The translations under genes were made by a program, and so were the position numbers. The notes beneath the pieces are model-generated. The model was not told the DNA's origin. It saw only the letters and a list, made by a program, of their open reading frames with translations, and did not search any database. DNA of 61,514 bases, filler included, from Squatina squatina (Eukaryota): assembly GCA_031763465.1 (NCBI GenBank). It is 3 parts of 3 records of this genome, joined end to end, with 100 filler letters (N's around TTAATTAATTAA, not from the genome) between each part and the next. Parts side by side here need not be neighbours in the genome. Positions count along the whole stretch, not along the records: positions 40,837 to 61,514 come from JARFOE010000222.1; 2 more parts are not named here. One strand, 5' to 3'. This document shows positions 49,801 through 61,514 of this stretch, piece by piece. Each line of letters starts with the position of its first letter. The first letter of the stretch is position 1.

Positions 49801-52490
49801 GGATTCACTTCAAAATGAATGGAGAAGCGGTGATTAAAGTTAGGTAATAGCTTTGTCTGATTTATTATCAGACTCTCAACGTGGTCAAGTACAAGTGAAA
49901 TATTAGTCTTACAGGAACAATGTGGGCTATTATAACAAAAGTGGGTCATTTACTCCATATCCTGAGTTTTAATACAATCTTAGCAAAGTAATAGCGTGCT
50001 TCACATTTTAGTACTTGACCTGTAGCTTACATAATGTAACTACATAATAGCGGTAATTATTGCCATTTTCACATTAGCATTCCCAATGCTTTTATTCTGA
50101 GCAACTTGTCATAGCTGTTAGTGTAAATGCAAATATTTAATACAATCTTCGGTCTTTGTTTTGCGTTCAAGTTTCAAACAACTCAAGTTTGGTTCTGTGC
50201 TTTCCAAGCCGGACGTGTTGCTTTGAACTTAATGTCACAACTAAGACAGAAAATAATGCACAGGTAAGGTTGTGAACTGACACAGTGATGTAATTTAAGA
50301 TCTCCATTCTCAGGAACGCTCCAACACATTTTGGAAGGGGAAGTTCTGCTTCAATTCAGTCAGATCCATTAAATAATGGCTTCAATCCAGACTTTCATAC
50401 AAAATGGTTTTATTCAGAAGTATTGAAACTAAACAAGTACATAGCTTCTCTAATTTGGATCCTCTTTAGTNNNNNNNNNNCACACCTCTTGTTCAAATAT
50501 TGAACAAAAAAATGTTTTCCATTTTATTGCCTCTGGTGAATAACCATGTAAAATTCAAGTCACGTCTTTCATATGCACAATATTCAGCAGAGACTCATAA
50601 AGTATGGGAATGAGATGAGTCATGGCATTTCACTCACTATAGAATGAGGCAAAAATCTGAGACACATGTTTCTTTCAACCCAACCTTATATTTGTTAATG
50701 GTATCCTTACTGGAACAACAAAGTCATTGGGGACTGGCTTATCACCGTGTTCTCCTGCCTTCTGGACGTGAATTTCAATCCAGCTCAGACTGATCAGACA
50801 AAAGTCTACTCTGAACACACCCGAGGCTAAGGTTCTCCGCTATATTTTTCAGTTAACTGCCACTGCCTTGGGTGCTAGGTCCAGCAACAAAGAGGAAAAA
50901 TAGAGTATGGAGCAGCTGGGACTAAGCAATATTCTCTATGGATGGGACTGTGGAAGTATCGCTTCAAAGAATTGGGAGTCATAGCAATGCTATTGATGTA
51001 GAAGAGGGCAGGGGGTTTTACATATACCNNNNNNNNNNNNNNNNNNNNNNNNNNNNNNNNNNNNNNNNNNNNNNNNNNNNNNNNNNNNNNNNNNNNNNNN
51101 NNNNNNNNNNNNNNNNNNNNNNNNNNNNATGACTGCTTGTCTGACATTCTTGCGTCATGTAAACAACATGATCTGTTTTAAATTATGCATGATTTTTCTT
51201 AGCGTGACCACGTATAGATAGAAAATATGACCTACAAATGCAAACAGTGTTTTACCATTAACATCACAAACAGTAATCTCTGGGGCCAAAAATTTAACTA
51301 TAAATGTGAACAATAAATATGAACAGTCACTTTTTTAGTGTCGTAGCAATTATCTCATGATGAGATGAAGCAGATGAATTGCTTCCAGTGATTAAAATGG
51401 AAACTAAGAAAGAAGTAAAATTTCATTACGTATGCGTTTAAAATTTCATTACAAATAGCAAGCAGGATGTCCTCTCCCGAACTTACTTGTTTTAAAACTA
51501 TTCAGAATGGTCCCTTGTGTAACTTGCCAAGTGGCATCATTGAGTGCCAAGGTTCAGGGGTGGACTGGGTTTCCTGAAAGGGGATAGGATTCTTTGGGAT
51601 TCTCACAGAAAAAGTGGGCCCTGATTAAAACAATGCTTAGGAACCATTCGTGGGGGCACTTGGAAAATTTCCTGATTGACAATTGACAGACCAGTAGATT
51701 TTAGCAATGTCCCACAACTCATAGGGAGACATGAAGGATAGAAGCTGTGTACACAACAGTTGTTTATACAGACTCAGTAGAGCATTTAGTCTCATGACGG
51801 AAAAGCCACAACTGCGACTGCGTGCAAGCCCCTGGTTAAACTCGCAGTTGGGCCCCAGTAATGCTGATCTGCATATTTAAAGAACATCGCTTGTTTACAG
51901 GAGGTGACCATCCCGCCTGCCAAGAGGAGCAGTTAAAAATCAGAACCTGTGGGAGGAGAGTGGGACCTCTATGGGTTAGTCTCAGGGATGATTTTGACTG
52001 CTCACCCACCTGGGCAGGTTGAGTTAAAATAGCCCCTGTTGGTTTGTGAACTGAAACCTTTTATAACATGCACCAATGGTAAAACCAACTGGCCAGTACA
52101 TTCCACATCAACAAGACTAAACTGCTTCACTGTTGCATCTGTCCCTGTTCGTGGATCCTATGGCAACCAAGGCCAGATTGAGGTTGTGCTAATATAACTA
52201 TTTTAAATAAACTATTAGGGTAAGACACTTTTATCAAAACCTTAACACTTTTTTTCTTCTATCTTTCAGTTTTTACAAAGGCTACAGCCTGGATGTTAGC
52301 CTGGAGGCGTGTTCCCATGAGGTGGTGGGGGCGGTTGTTTTGAGATTTCTTGAACGTCCTGCAGCCTTTAAAATTATTTCTGTTGGTTTCCCACCCACAG
52401 GCAGCCTGATGACAGGCTAGAGGCCTGTTGGGCAGGAAGCCTGCAGCGCAAGGCCGCAGCCGAGGAGAGTAGGTCGGTCTAGTGTGTTCA

Positions 52491-52562
52491 ATTGTGGTCG
52501 GGGGGACAAATCGTGGTCGGATGGAGCAGATTGTGGTTGGGGGAGCAGATTGTGGTTGGGGG
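52491..52562. repeat. 19-20 bp G-rich tandem repeat (attgtggttgggggagcag), truncated by a gap
   Basis: About four successive units. Confidence 0.75.
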
Positions 52563-53707
52563 NNNNNNNNNNNNNNNNNNNNNNNNNNNNNNNNNNNNNN
52601 NNNNNNNNNNNNNNNNNNNNNNNNNNNNNNNNNNNNNNNNNNNNNNNNNNNNNNNNNNNNNNTATAGTCCCAGCCTAGACATTGTGTTAGTCTAGGGCTG
52701 GACCATTTGTTACTCAATACAGTGAGTTGTTTTAAGTGCTGTGTCACCTAAATCATTCCAGCTCCACCCTGCACGCGATATATAAAAGTGATCAAGAGTA
52801 GGAACCTTAGCTGCTTATTTGCCTCTCTAGGCCGAGACCAGTTATTCACAACCCTATCATCATCCCAGCTGAGGTTAGCTGACAGAACACACCAAGAACC
52901 AAACCTGGAAACGTCAGTTGCAGACTGGGGACACCTTGGGGTTAAAAACTGTTACGACATCCCATTAACAGTCGTCTCCAGTGGCATTTGTTTACCACAA
53001 AATGTATGAAACAAGTTTTAGCTATTTCTTTCTTTGGAACTTATAATAGTATCAATATTTTAAAATGCCGTTATTTTTATACTATCTCCTGAAAACATAT
53101 TTAGAATATAAACAGAAAATGCTGGAAATACTCAGCAGGTCAGGCAGCGTAGGCCTGAGACTTCTTTGGTGTAAACCGTATTAGCTGGGCTTCCTCAATA
53201 CTACACTTTAATCAGCGACATAGACATTTTTGTACATTATTTTATTTGGTTTAAGTTTACTTCTCATTTACAGAGCTAGCCACACGACAGCTTGAACTAC
53301 TTTAGGAATTTTTTTAAAAGCATCTATTTACCCCCATTCATCTTCCCAGAGTGGCTATGCCTGTTATGAATTAAGCATTCCCTGTGAACAGTAAATGTGA
53401 TGTGGTTTGCTTTTAAGACAATCAGAGACAGTTCTACATATTTGTGGAATGGACACCAAATTGAGTGAGTTTTAAGTATGTCAAGTGTCATCTAATTCTG
53501 CAGTAGCAGATGAATCCTAAAACCAAGCCTTCATTGNNNNNNNNNNNNNNNNNNNNNNNNNNNNNNNNNNNNNNNNNNNNNNNNNNNNNNNNNNNNNNNN
53601 NNNNNNNNNNNNNNNNNNNNNNNNNNNNNNNNNNNNATGGTGCCTCCAACAGTGCAGCACTGCCTCACTACCGTAACTCTGGAGTGAGGCTTCTGACTCA
53701 GAGGCGA

Positions 53708-53855
53708 AATAGAACCATATGTACAGGAGGAGGCCATTCAGCTCCTTGAGCCTGTTCCGCCATTCAATTCGATCGTGGCTGATCTGTATCTTAACTCCAT
53801 CTATCCACCTTGGTTCCGTAACCCTTAATACCCTTGACTAACAAAGATCTATCAC
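53708..53855 (-). mobile_element. CR1 3' terminus, adjacent to a reversed SINE head (53637-53705)
   Basis: aggaggaggccattcagctccttgagcctgttccgccattcaatt...tggctgatctgtatcttaactccatcta. Confidence 0.8.
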
Positions 53856-54202
53856 CATCGCTGGCTGGGTCTGTGAGGTCGGAGTTATTCTGGATATAGA
53901 TCATCCCCCTATAATACCCATTATTACTCAAATATAGGGAATGTTTTTTTAGATTTTTTTTACCACCTGCAATGATAGGTTCTGAACTGCTGCAGCAGAG
54001 AAGACTAAATGATAGGCAAGGCTGGGGTTCAGAAATGTTGCCTATGGAGTACCCTACCATAAGTAATACAAGTTCATAACCCCAAATAACATCTCTGCAT
54101 GAATTTTCACACGCACACACAAATTAGCTAAAGTGTCACCTGATCTCACAGGCCGAACTACAGTCCAACAGATCGTTACCAATGGGTTTAAACAGCACTC
54201 AC

Positions 54203-54365
54203 CAATTCACTAATCCAGGCATGGTAGCCTGGTGGACTCAAGCACATCTGTACAAAGCTTGCCACGAGCAAAGCAATCAAAATAAGTGGAGAAATGTATT
54301 TCCATGTGTAATAGTAATATCGGAATGGAGTGAATCCAAGCATATCCTTCAAGTCCTCCATGAAC
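54203..54365 (-). CDS. SLC6A15: SLC6A15 (B0AT2) exon, TM11 (163 bp)
   Basis: catag|G TTC... reading [54 protein letters not shown]|gtgagt. [11 protein letters not shown] matches SLC6A15, not SLC6A17. Confidence 0.95.
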
Positions 54366-56939
54366 CTATGAAAATTAAACAAAAAAATCAAAATGCTTAC
54401 TTTTAGAAGTCCATAAAATAATAGTTCCCAAAGGTAGCGCCTCTTATAGTGTCAATTTGTTGTGGCATATTCATTTGTAATATGATTCTCCATAGGGTGA
54501 GCTGGTCTGTTTTGGGGAGGGCTGTCATACAGCGCTCCTAACAGCAGTCTAGAAAATGGAATCATCAGTGGTGGTGTTAGGACAAATCTATTTGCATAGA
54601 GTGGGTGAAGAGAGAGAGAACAATAGCTAAATTATAAAGTGTCTATATTAGCGGATTTGACCAGGTTGCTCCAGTGATGTAGCCTTGAACTTGAATTCAG
54701 AGGGACCAAGCATAAATACTAGTCTTCACTTGGGTGAAAGTTATCCTCTTAAGAGTGACTGTTACCGGTTCTCAAAGGTCACTAGATGGAACAGTATGGA
54801 GTTACAAGACCTACTGTGGCCCACAAAGGACAACTGCTGCTGAAAAAAGGATTATGCAATAAACCTGGGATGTAAATTTAGGAAAAAAGTCTTTTATTAT
54901 TTTGTTACGCATTTTACCAAATGAAGTAAATTTAAATAAATCATGGGGCTGCTGGTACATACTTATCTGTGCCATAAACCCAAGCGACAGCGATATTCTC
55001 CAGGATAACCACAATCAGTAGGGGCAGGGTAGCTGAGTAATCATCAAACATGGTTACAAAGTAGTTTCCAGAACGCTGCACAAAGAGGAGGCCAACACTG
55101 AAAGCTAGGAGACAACAGCCAACTAGAGCAAAGGAAAATATATATTACAGACCTGACAGATGGCCAAAGGACATTGAAAATCAGCTACAAATAAGCTGAC
55201 TGTAATCCTGTAATTTCTAGCAGAGTAAGCATGAAAAGCAGGCAGAATTTATAAATCGTAAGACTTTTCCACTACAAGCAATGTTCATTGAATAAAGGCA
55301 CCAGTGTTCCTTGTCCAAAGCCTTTCATGGGTCTACATTGAAAATAAAATTTATACATTGTCCACTGTGAGAGTTTCACTATTTATTTCTTTCACATACA
55401 AAGTCAGGGACAGAGAGCTCACTTGTTGGCCGATTTAGAATTTGAAAAATTGCCCTGATTTATCTCATGGTTACTGCTGTAAATGAGATATGCCATTAAA
55501 TGACCTGTGTACAATGGATGATAATGAGCAGCTTTCAAACATGGCAAATTGCAAATGACCAAATTTATACAGGCAAAAATGTTGTTTTTGTCCCTGAACA
55601 GGTTACATACTCTGCACAGAGCCTGTAGTTGATTGGTACACACTGCTTGGCTGTGATTAAAGTATGGCAGCATGACGCAGCATTCAAGTGTTCTTTGATA
55701 AAAATAGATGGGCACTAGACATTGACATCCAGTTCACACAGATGGTATTCAGTATTTTTTAGAGTTGTTTCACTAAGGTATAACGGATTTGTGGGATAAG
55801 ATTTTACAGGGAATAATGCAGTGAAATGTATCTCTTAAAGTTAATTGTGATGGAACCATATTTTTACTGTTGAAGGACAATCAGATTATGCTCTCCAGTG
55901 CAATGTACATTCTTGTANNNNNNNNNNNNNNNNNNNNNNNNNNNNNNNNNNNNNNNNNNNNNNNNNNNNNNNNNNNNNNNNNNNNNNNNNNNNNNNNNNN
56001 NNNNNNNNNNNNNNNNNNNNNNNNNNNNNNNNNNNNNNNNNNNNNNNNNNNNNNNNNNNNNNNNNNNNNNNNNNNNNNNNNNNNNNNNNNNNNNNNNNNN
56101 NNNNNNNNNNNNNNNNNNNNNNNNNNNNNNNNNNNNNNNNNNNNNNNNNNNNNNNNNNNNNNNNNNNNNNNNNNNNNNNNNNNNNNNNNNNNNNNNNNNN
56201 NNNNNNNNNNNNNNNNNNNNNNNNNNNNNNNNNNNNNNNNNNNNNNNNNNNNNNNNNNNNNNNNNNNNNNNNNNNNNNNNNNNNNNNNNNNNNNNNNNNN
56301 NNNNNNNNNNNNNNNNNNNNNNNNNNNNNNNNNNNNNNNNNNNNNNNNNNNNNNNNNNNNNNNNNNNNNNNNNNNNNNNNNNNNNNNNAATTGGCCTGTT
56401 TCTGTGCTGTAAATTCTATGTAATTCTAAGTAATATTTAAATAAAAGCACTGAGACATAGGGCATGGATAAAACATAAGGAGCAGTATTAAGCACATGGT
56501 GGTGGCTGGAGGCTGCTTTAGATGCTATGGGCTTTGGAGTACAGACTTCAAAGTTTGCAGTAAGATGAAAGGTATTGGCAAGATTCATTCCTACCGTAAG
56601 TTCAAATCCGGTCGATACCATGTGGACCAATCTACCCAACCAAAGGAGCTTTAGTCCCAATATACTAATTTTCTATATAAATGTGACTTGGTATTTGACA
56701 GCCTCATACACTAAAATATTACAAGAAATGTGGTAAGATGAAAACATGTCCTCTGCATACATGAAGGTACATCCAATGGTAAAGCCTAACCTTCCTAAAT
56801 CTTATTCATATTCAGTTAAATTCAACCTGATCCAAGCTTGAATTTTCCTGACACATGTAATATACATTTACCAGAGGTTAAAACTACAGCTGATTTTGGA
56901 ACAATACTGAAAGTGTCACTTAGTGACTATGCTACTTAC

Positions 56940-57132
56940 TGGTGAGAATTTCTTTGCGCACTTTGAACGTGTCTACGAGAGGTGTGAGTATTCCTTCAAT
57001 GGTACCAAACATGCTGCCCAAGCCCAGGTTTACTAACATCAGGAAGAATAACACTGACCAGAAGGGGGACGCTGGGAAGTGAGTCATGGCCTCAGTGAAG
57101 GCAATAAAAGCTAAACCAGTTCCTTGTACAGC
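56940..57132 (-). CDS. SLC6A15: SLC6A15 exon, TM8 (193 bp)
   Basis: tgtag|[65 protein letters not shown]|gtaagt. Confidence 0.96.
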
Positions 57133-57749
57133 CTACAAAACACAAAGCAAGTAAAGAGTGTGTTAAGAATAAGATGGCAGCAGCACGGTGGGACACTAAA
57201 CCACTGCAGTGGAGTATTAGGTTCATGTCCATGATTCTTCTCAGGCATCTTGGATACACGGGTAAATTAGACATTTTGTAGCCTGCCTAAGGGATGTCAA
57301 TGAAGTTCCTCTGGTGGCTCCAGGGATTAGAGGTTGGAAATGCCTGAAAAAGCTGCACAATTTATATTTTTTAAAATGCTGCCCAAATTTTTAAATTGTG
57401 AACAGTTGTACAGGTTCAGGGCATTTCAGTCATTTTCACCTTGAATATCTGCATCAGCCATAAATGTCTGGTTTATTTGGGCTTAGATAATGTTGAGCGC
57501 ACGACGGGTGGAAATTATGAGGATTTTGCATGGATGATATCCCATTATTGTCCCATCATTTCTGTACTCTCGCTGGGAGTGGAATGAGCACATCTTGTGC
57601 CTGCCCCCCCCCTCCACCCATGTTCTGGTAGAAATTTTCACGTGTCAAATAGGGTCCTACCCCAAATTCCTCCCCCTGCCCAGATAGTGTGATCTCTGGA
57701 GGAATTTCAGGACTCAATTCTTTATTAATCTGTTTTATCATAGGCTGAC

Positions 57750-57942
57750 CTGGTTAAGTTCATCCTCCAGTTGGCATGAATCCAGGTCTAGCTTCAGAAA
57801 TTCTTCTTCCTTCACTTCCTTGATAATGTTATACATCTGATGGTAATCTGTTGCTGAAACATCTGAGAGATTAACATGGTGAGGGATGAGATCATGACTG
57901 ACCACACCCACTTTTAGCATTTCCAGGATCTTGTCTGCATTT
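57750..57942 (-). CDS. SLC6A15: SLC6A15 exon, EL4 (193 bp)
   Basis: tatag|A NADKILEMLKVGVVSHDLIPHHVNLSDVSATDYHQMYNIIKEVKEEEFLKLDLDSCQLEDELNQ|gtcagc. Confidence 0.93.
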
Positions 57943-58028
57943 CTATAAGGTAACACAAAGGGCCAAATCAGTGTGAGTAACAACACGTGAACATGGTAAT
58001 AGGCATAGAATAGGGAATCGGTACCCAC

Positions 58029-58270
58029 CTAGCAATGCATTTTTCATTTATAATATTTGCTTTAAATCCCAAGACGGCAAACACCACAAGTGTTGCTAAG
58101 ACAGATGTGAAGAAATTGATTAAGGACACAAGCACTGCATCAAAATGGCAGTTGTTATCTCGCTTGTTGTAGCTGGAGAAAGCAATCACACCACCGAATC
58201 CCAGCCCGAGAGCAAAGAACACTTGGGTTGCAGCCCCTCTCCAGACCTGAGGGTCCAACATGATCTCCAG
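58029..58270 (-). CDS. SLC6A15: SLC6A15 exon, TM6-7 (242 bp)
   Basis: cacag|[82 protein letters not shown]|gtgggt. Confidence 0.96.
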
Positions 58271-59419
58271 CTGTGAGGTTTGAAAGGAGTCAGTGATTAG
58301 TGCACTGTGTTAGCTCAGTCATTCCCACTCTACAAAATGTGCTGGAATCAAAACTGATAAATCGGCCTGAAGATAAATGGCCTAAATAGAAATAAGTATC
58401 ACTCTTGCAGTACAGCAATGTGTTTTAAAGAAACGCAGTAGATCTCTCCTGATATTTGCTGTTGCAGTGTGCGCTGGCTGGCTGCCTTGCCTTTCAGCAC
58501 GGCCATTGCCACTGGACACTCTGCACCCATTTCAGAAAGGTAAAGGCAAATAACGATTCAAACATAGCTGCTGATGGTCACAGAAGGTTCCACCTGAACT
58601 TGTACTCATTGGCCCTGAAACTGCGATTCCCCCCGGGTGTTTACGATGTTCCCACGCACCCGGGGGGACCTCGCAAGTTCCGAATCTCAGGCTGCACTGC
58701 GCATGCCCNNNNNNNNNNNNNNNNNNNNNNNNNNNNNNNNNNNNNNNNNNNNNNNNNNNNNNNNNNNNNNNNNNNNNNNNNNNNNNNNNNNNNNNNNNNN
58801 NNNNNNNNNNNNNNNNNNNNNNNNNNNNNNNNNNNNNNNNNNNNNNNNNNNNNNNNNNNNNNNNNNNNNNNNNNNNNNNNNNNNNNNNNNNNNNNNNNNN
58901 NNNNNNNNNNNNNNNNNNNNNNNNNNNNNNNNNNNNNNNNNNNNNNNNNNNNNNNNNNNNNNNNNNNNNNNNNNNNNNNNNNNNNNNNNNNNNNNNNNNN
59001 NNNNNNNNNNNNNNNNNNNNNNNNNNNNNNNNNNNNNNNNNNNNNNNNNNNNNNNNNNNNNNNNNNNNNNNNNNNNNNNNNNNNNNNNNNNNNNNNNNNN
59101 NNNNNNNNNNNNNNNNNNNNNNNNNNNNNNNNNNNNNNNNNNNNNNNNNNNNNNNNNNNNNNNNNNNNNNNNNNNNNNNNNNNNNNNNNNNNNNNNNNNN
59201 NNNNNNNNNNNNNNNNNNNNNNNNNNNNNNNNNNNNNNNNNNNNNNNNNNNNNNNNNNNNNNNNNNNNNNNNNNNNNNNNNNNNNNNNNNNNNNNNNNNN
59301 NNNNNNNNNNNNNNNNNNNNNNNNNNNNNNNNNNNNNNNNNNNNNNNNNNNNNNNNNNNNNNNNNNNNNNNNNNNNNNNNNNNNNNNNNNNNNNNNNNGA
59401 ATTATATTTTATATAACTT

Positions 59420-59685
59420 ACAGCTCAAAAATAAGCCATTTGGCCCAACTGATCTAAGCAGGTGTTTATGCTCCACGCCACTTTATTTTATCTCACCCTA
59501 TCAGCATATCCTTCTATTCCTTTCTCACTCGTGTTTACCTAGCTTCCCCTTAAAGGCATCTATGCTATTCATCTCAACTACTCCATGTGGTAGCGAGTTC
59601 TACATTCTCACCACTCCCTGGCTAAAGAAGCTTCTCCTGAATTCTTTATTGGATTTATTAGCTATTATCTTATATTTATGTACAT
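59420..59685 (-). mobile_element. CR1 3' end (old); related copy at 48825-49000
   Basis: ccctatcagcatatccttctattcc...tgtggtagcgagttctacattctcaccactccctgg.taaagaag. Confidence 0.7.
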
Positions 59686-60071
59686 GAGAGCCCTGCCTTT
59701 TATAACTCCTTTAATCATTCATGCTCCTCCATCCCAGTATGGAGACCTTTATAATATAAACTCTCACTGATGTCGCTTTTTAGGCCTCTCCAGAAGATAA
59801 GCGGCATCTGTTGAAAGTGTGATCTACACCAACCATATATTTATGTTGACAGATACATTAACCTCATAGCATACACTTTTCTAAGCACTCGAAGGCTGGT
59901 TTGTGATTTTCTACTAGTCATTAGAATAAAATTCAGTTTCGAAGAAAAAGGTTTTAAATCCTTTTATTATTTTTATTTCAGATTGAGTGTCCAGTTTGCT
60001 CTGACTGGATTTATTCTAGTAACAGGATAAGCTGGTTTGTAATCATCATCCTAAAAGACACTAGTTCACGG

Positions 60072-60141
60072 TACCACTAGGTGGCATGCAGTCTTAACAA
60101 GCAGGAGTGTTAATCTAAAATCCCACCACCAGATGGTACTG
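60072..60141 (+). promoter_or_regulatory. Tandem pair of CTCF-like motifs in an SLC6A15 intron
   Basis: CCACTAGGTGGCAT (60074) and CCACCAGATGGTAC (60126), same orientation. Confidence 0.5.
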
Positions 60142-60310
60142 ACAGCAGTACTGCAGGCTTCCAAAGCACATCACAGAAATAATACTGACTGGGCCTACAA
60201 GCTGGGCAGTGCTTGGCAGTTTATTCCCATTCTACTTAATGTGTACATTAATAGTTGTGCCTCTAAATACAAGCATGCTGTCAGTAAAACAATAAAATTA
60301 TATAAAATAC

Positions 60311-60421
60311 CTTGGGGGTAAACATGTAGCGGATGCCATCCAAGGAACCTTTTAGAAGAAGACCTCGAACCAGAAAGCAGATCAGTACAACATAGGGAAA
60401 CAGAGAACTAAAATACATCAC
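60311..60421 (-). CDS. SLC6A15: SLC6A15 exon, TM5 (111 bp)
   Basis: ttccag|[37 protein letters not shown]|gtattt. Confidence 0.96.
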
Positions 60422-61074
60422 CTGGAAAATAAATTGTATTGAGAGATAAATTATTTCAGCTTTTTCAGATCTAAAAGATGTGTGAACACTAACAATTTGA
60501 TAACTGCATTTCAACCAAATCNNNNNNNNNNNNNNNNNNNNNNNNNNNNNNNNNNNNNNNNNNNNNNNNNNNNNNNNNNNNNNNNNNNNNNNNNNNNNNN
60601 NNNNNNNNNNNNNNNNNNNNNTTCTTGTCCCCAAATTTCAAAATCTAACCAGGTTGACAATTCTTCATGTTAAATGAAGAAATTCGGATCTGTAGACCTT
60701 CGTCCAGAAATTGTGAGCTTCTGTATCCAGAGGACTGGATTCTCACAATTTCAGGGCTAAAGCATATATTAAAATTAACGGCCAGAACACTGGGGGTGCT
60801 GTGAATCAAGCACATTGATCTCCATGCATAATCCTCCAATTTGTGCTTCCATTGAGTGAGAATCCACACTGGGAGCAGGCCTCACAATTTTCAGGACTAT
60901 AATTTCTACTTAACATTTATAGATTTTTATGTAGAATAATGTTATCATTCATGTGTAAAAATGTGAAGAGAAATGAAATTTTGCCTCACTGGGAAATAGG
61001 TATATTATAGTTAAATTAAAGATGGAAATCTTAATACAGTGATTAATTCTGGCAGAGTCAAGAAAAATACGAAC

Positions 61075-61256
61075 CTTTCCTGAAGACTGAATGCCTTTAA
61101 TCATGGCAAGACACACCATAAGCCAGGCTATGAACAGGCAGATAGTCATCCTCCAGTTCAGTCCCCCACTCTCGGAGATGGAGTTAGATATATCCAGCGC
61201 TTCTCTATACCAGAAATAGGTTGTGGCGGAGCTTTTTTCACATTCAGGCACAACGA
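61075..61256 (-). CDS. SLC6A15: SLC6A15 exon, EL2-TM4 (182 bp)
   Basis: tttcag|[62 protein letters not shown]|gttcgt. Confidence 0.96.
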
Positions 61257-61348
61257 CTGAAACAAAGAGAAAGACATCACAGTGTTTGCATCACTTAACA
61301 CACAATGACATTTTGCGTAACAACAGGACGCTGCTGTTGTATACTCAC

Positions 61349-61475
61349 AGGTCTTGGTGCCATTTTTCTCCAAGGGGCACTGGTCCCAGGGCAGTGGATG
61401 CTGAAAGGACTTGGACAAGTAAAAGAAGCTCCAGCCAATAATGACATTGTAGTACAGAGCGACAAAGAAGCACAC
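61349..61475 (-). CDS. SLC6A15: SLC6A15 exon, TM3 (127 bp)
   Basis: tgtag|[43 protein letters not shown]|gtgagt; the phase joins the next exon (T+TC = Phe). Confidence 0.96.
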
Positions 61476-61514
61476 CTACAATCAAAACACCAAGATTCAT
61501 TGCACAATCCTTTC

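Noticed and set aside
55870-59457. Long ORFs of 180-333 aa in the ORF track
   Set aside because: Made almost entirely of X from N gaps.
54203-61475. SLC6A17 as the transporter identity (would fit the block B synteny)
   Set aside because: Diagnostic segments ([28 protein letters not shown]) match SLC6A15, and a synthetic linker separates the blocks.

Overview
Eukaryotic vertebrate genomic DNA, most likely from a cartilaginous fish (inferred from SacSINE1/DeuSINE-like SINEs, shark-type CR1 and RTE LINEs, and Harbinger relics). The draft is highly fragmented: short contigs are joined by mostly 100-N spacers. Two synthetic N44-TTAATTAATTAA-N44 linkers (18741-18840 and 40737-40836) split the window into three probably unlinked blocks. 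Block A (1-18740) holds a 5'-truncated intronless CDK5 activator with mixed p35/p39 features and WNT3A (exons 1, 2 and part of 4, plus promoter). Block B (18841-40736) holds two TEAD3 exons, two FKBP5 exons and one TMEM9 exon. Block C (40837-61514) holds seven SLC6A15 exons and gene-poor DNA. Most ORFs in the supplied track are spurious or run through N gaps; several real exons are not in it and were read by hand. I found no evidence of a new multi-gene system. The best leads are a possible third CDK5R paralog, a TEAD-site cluster inside the TEAD3 locus, a PBX/MEIS plus CCAAT module in the WNT3A promoter, both ends of a two-gene Harbinger transposon, and several CTCF motifs. Gene identities come from recalled protein similarity, not database searches.
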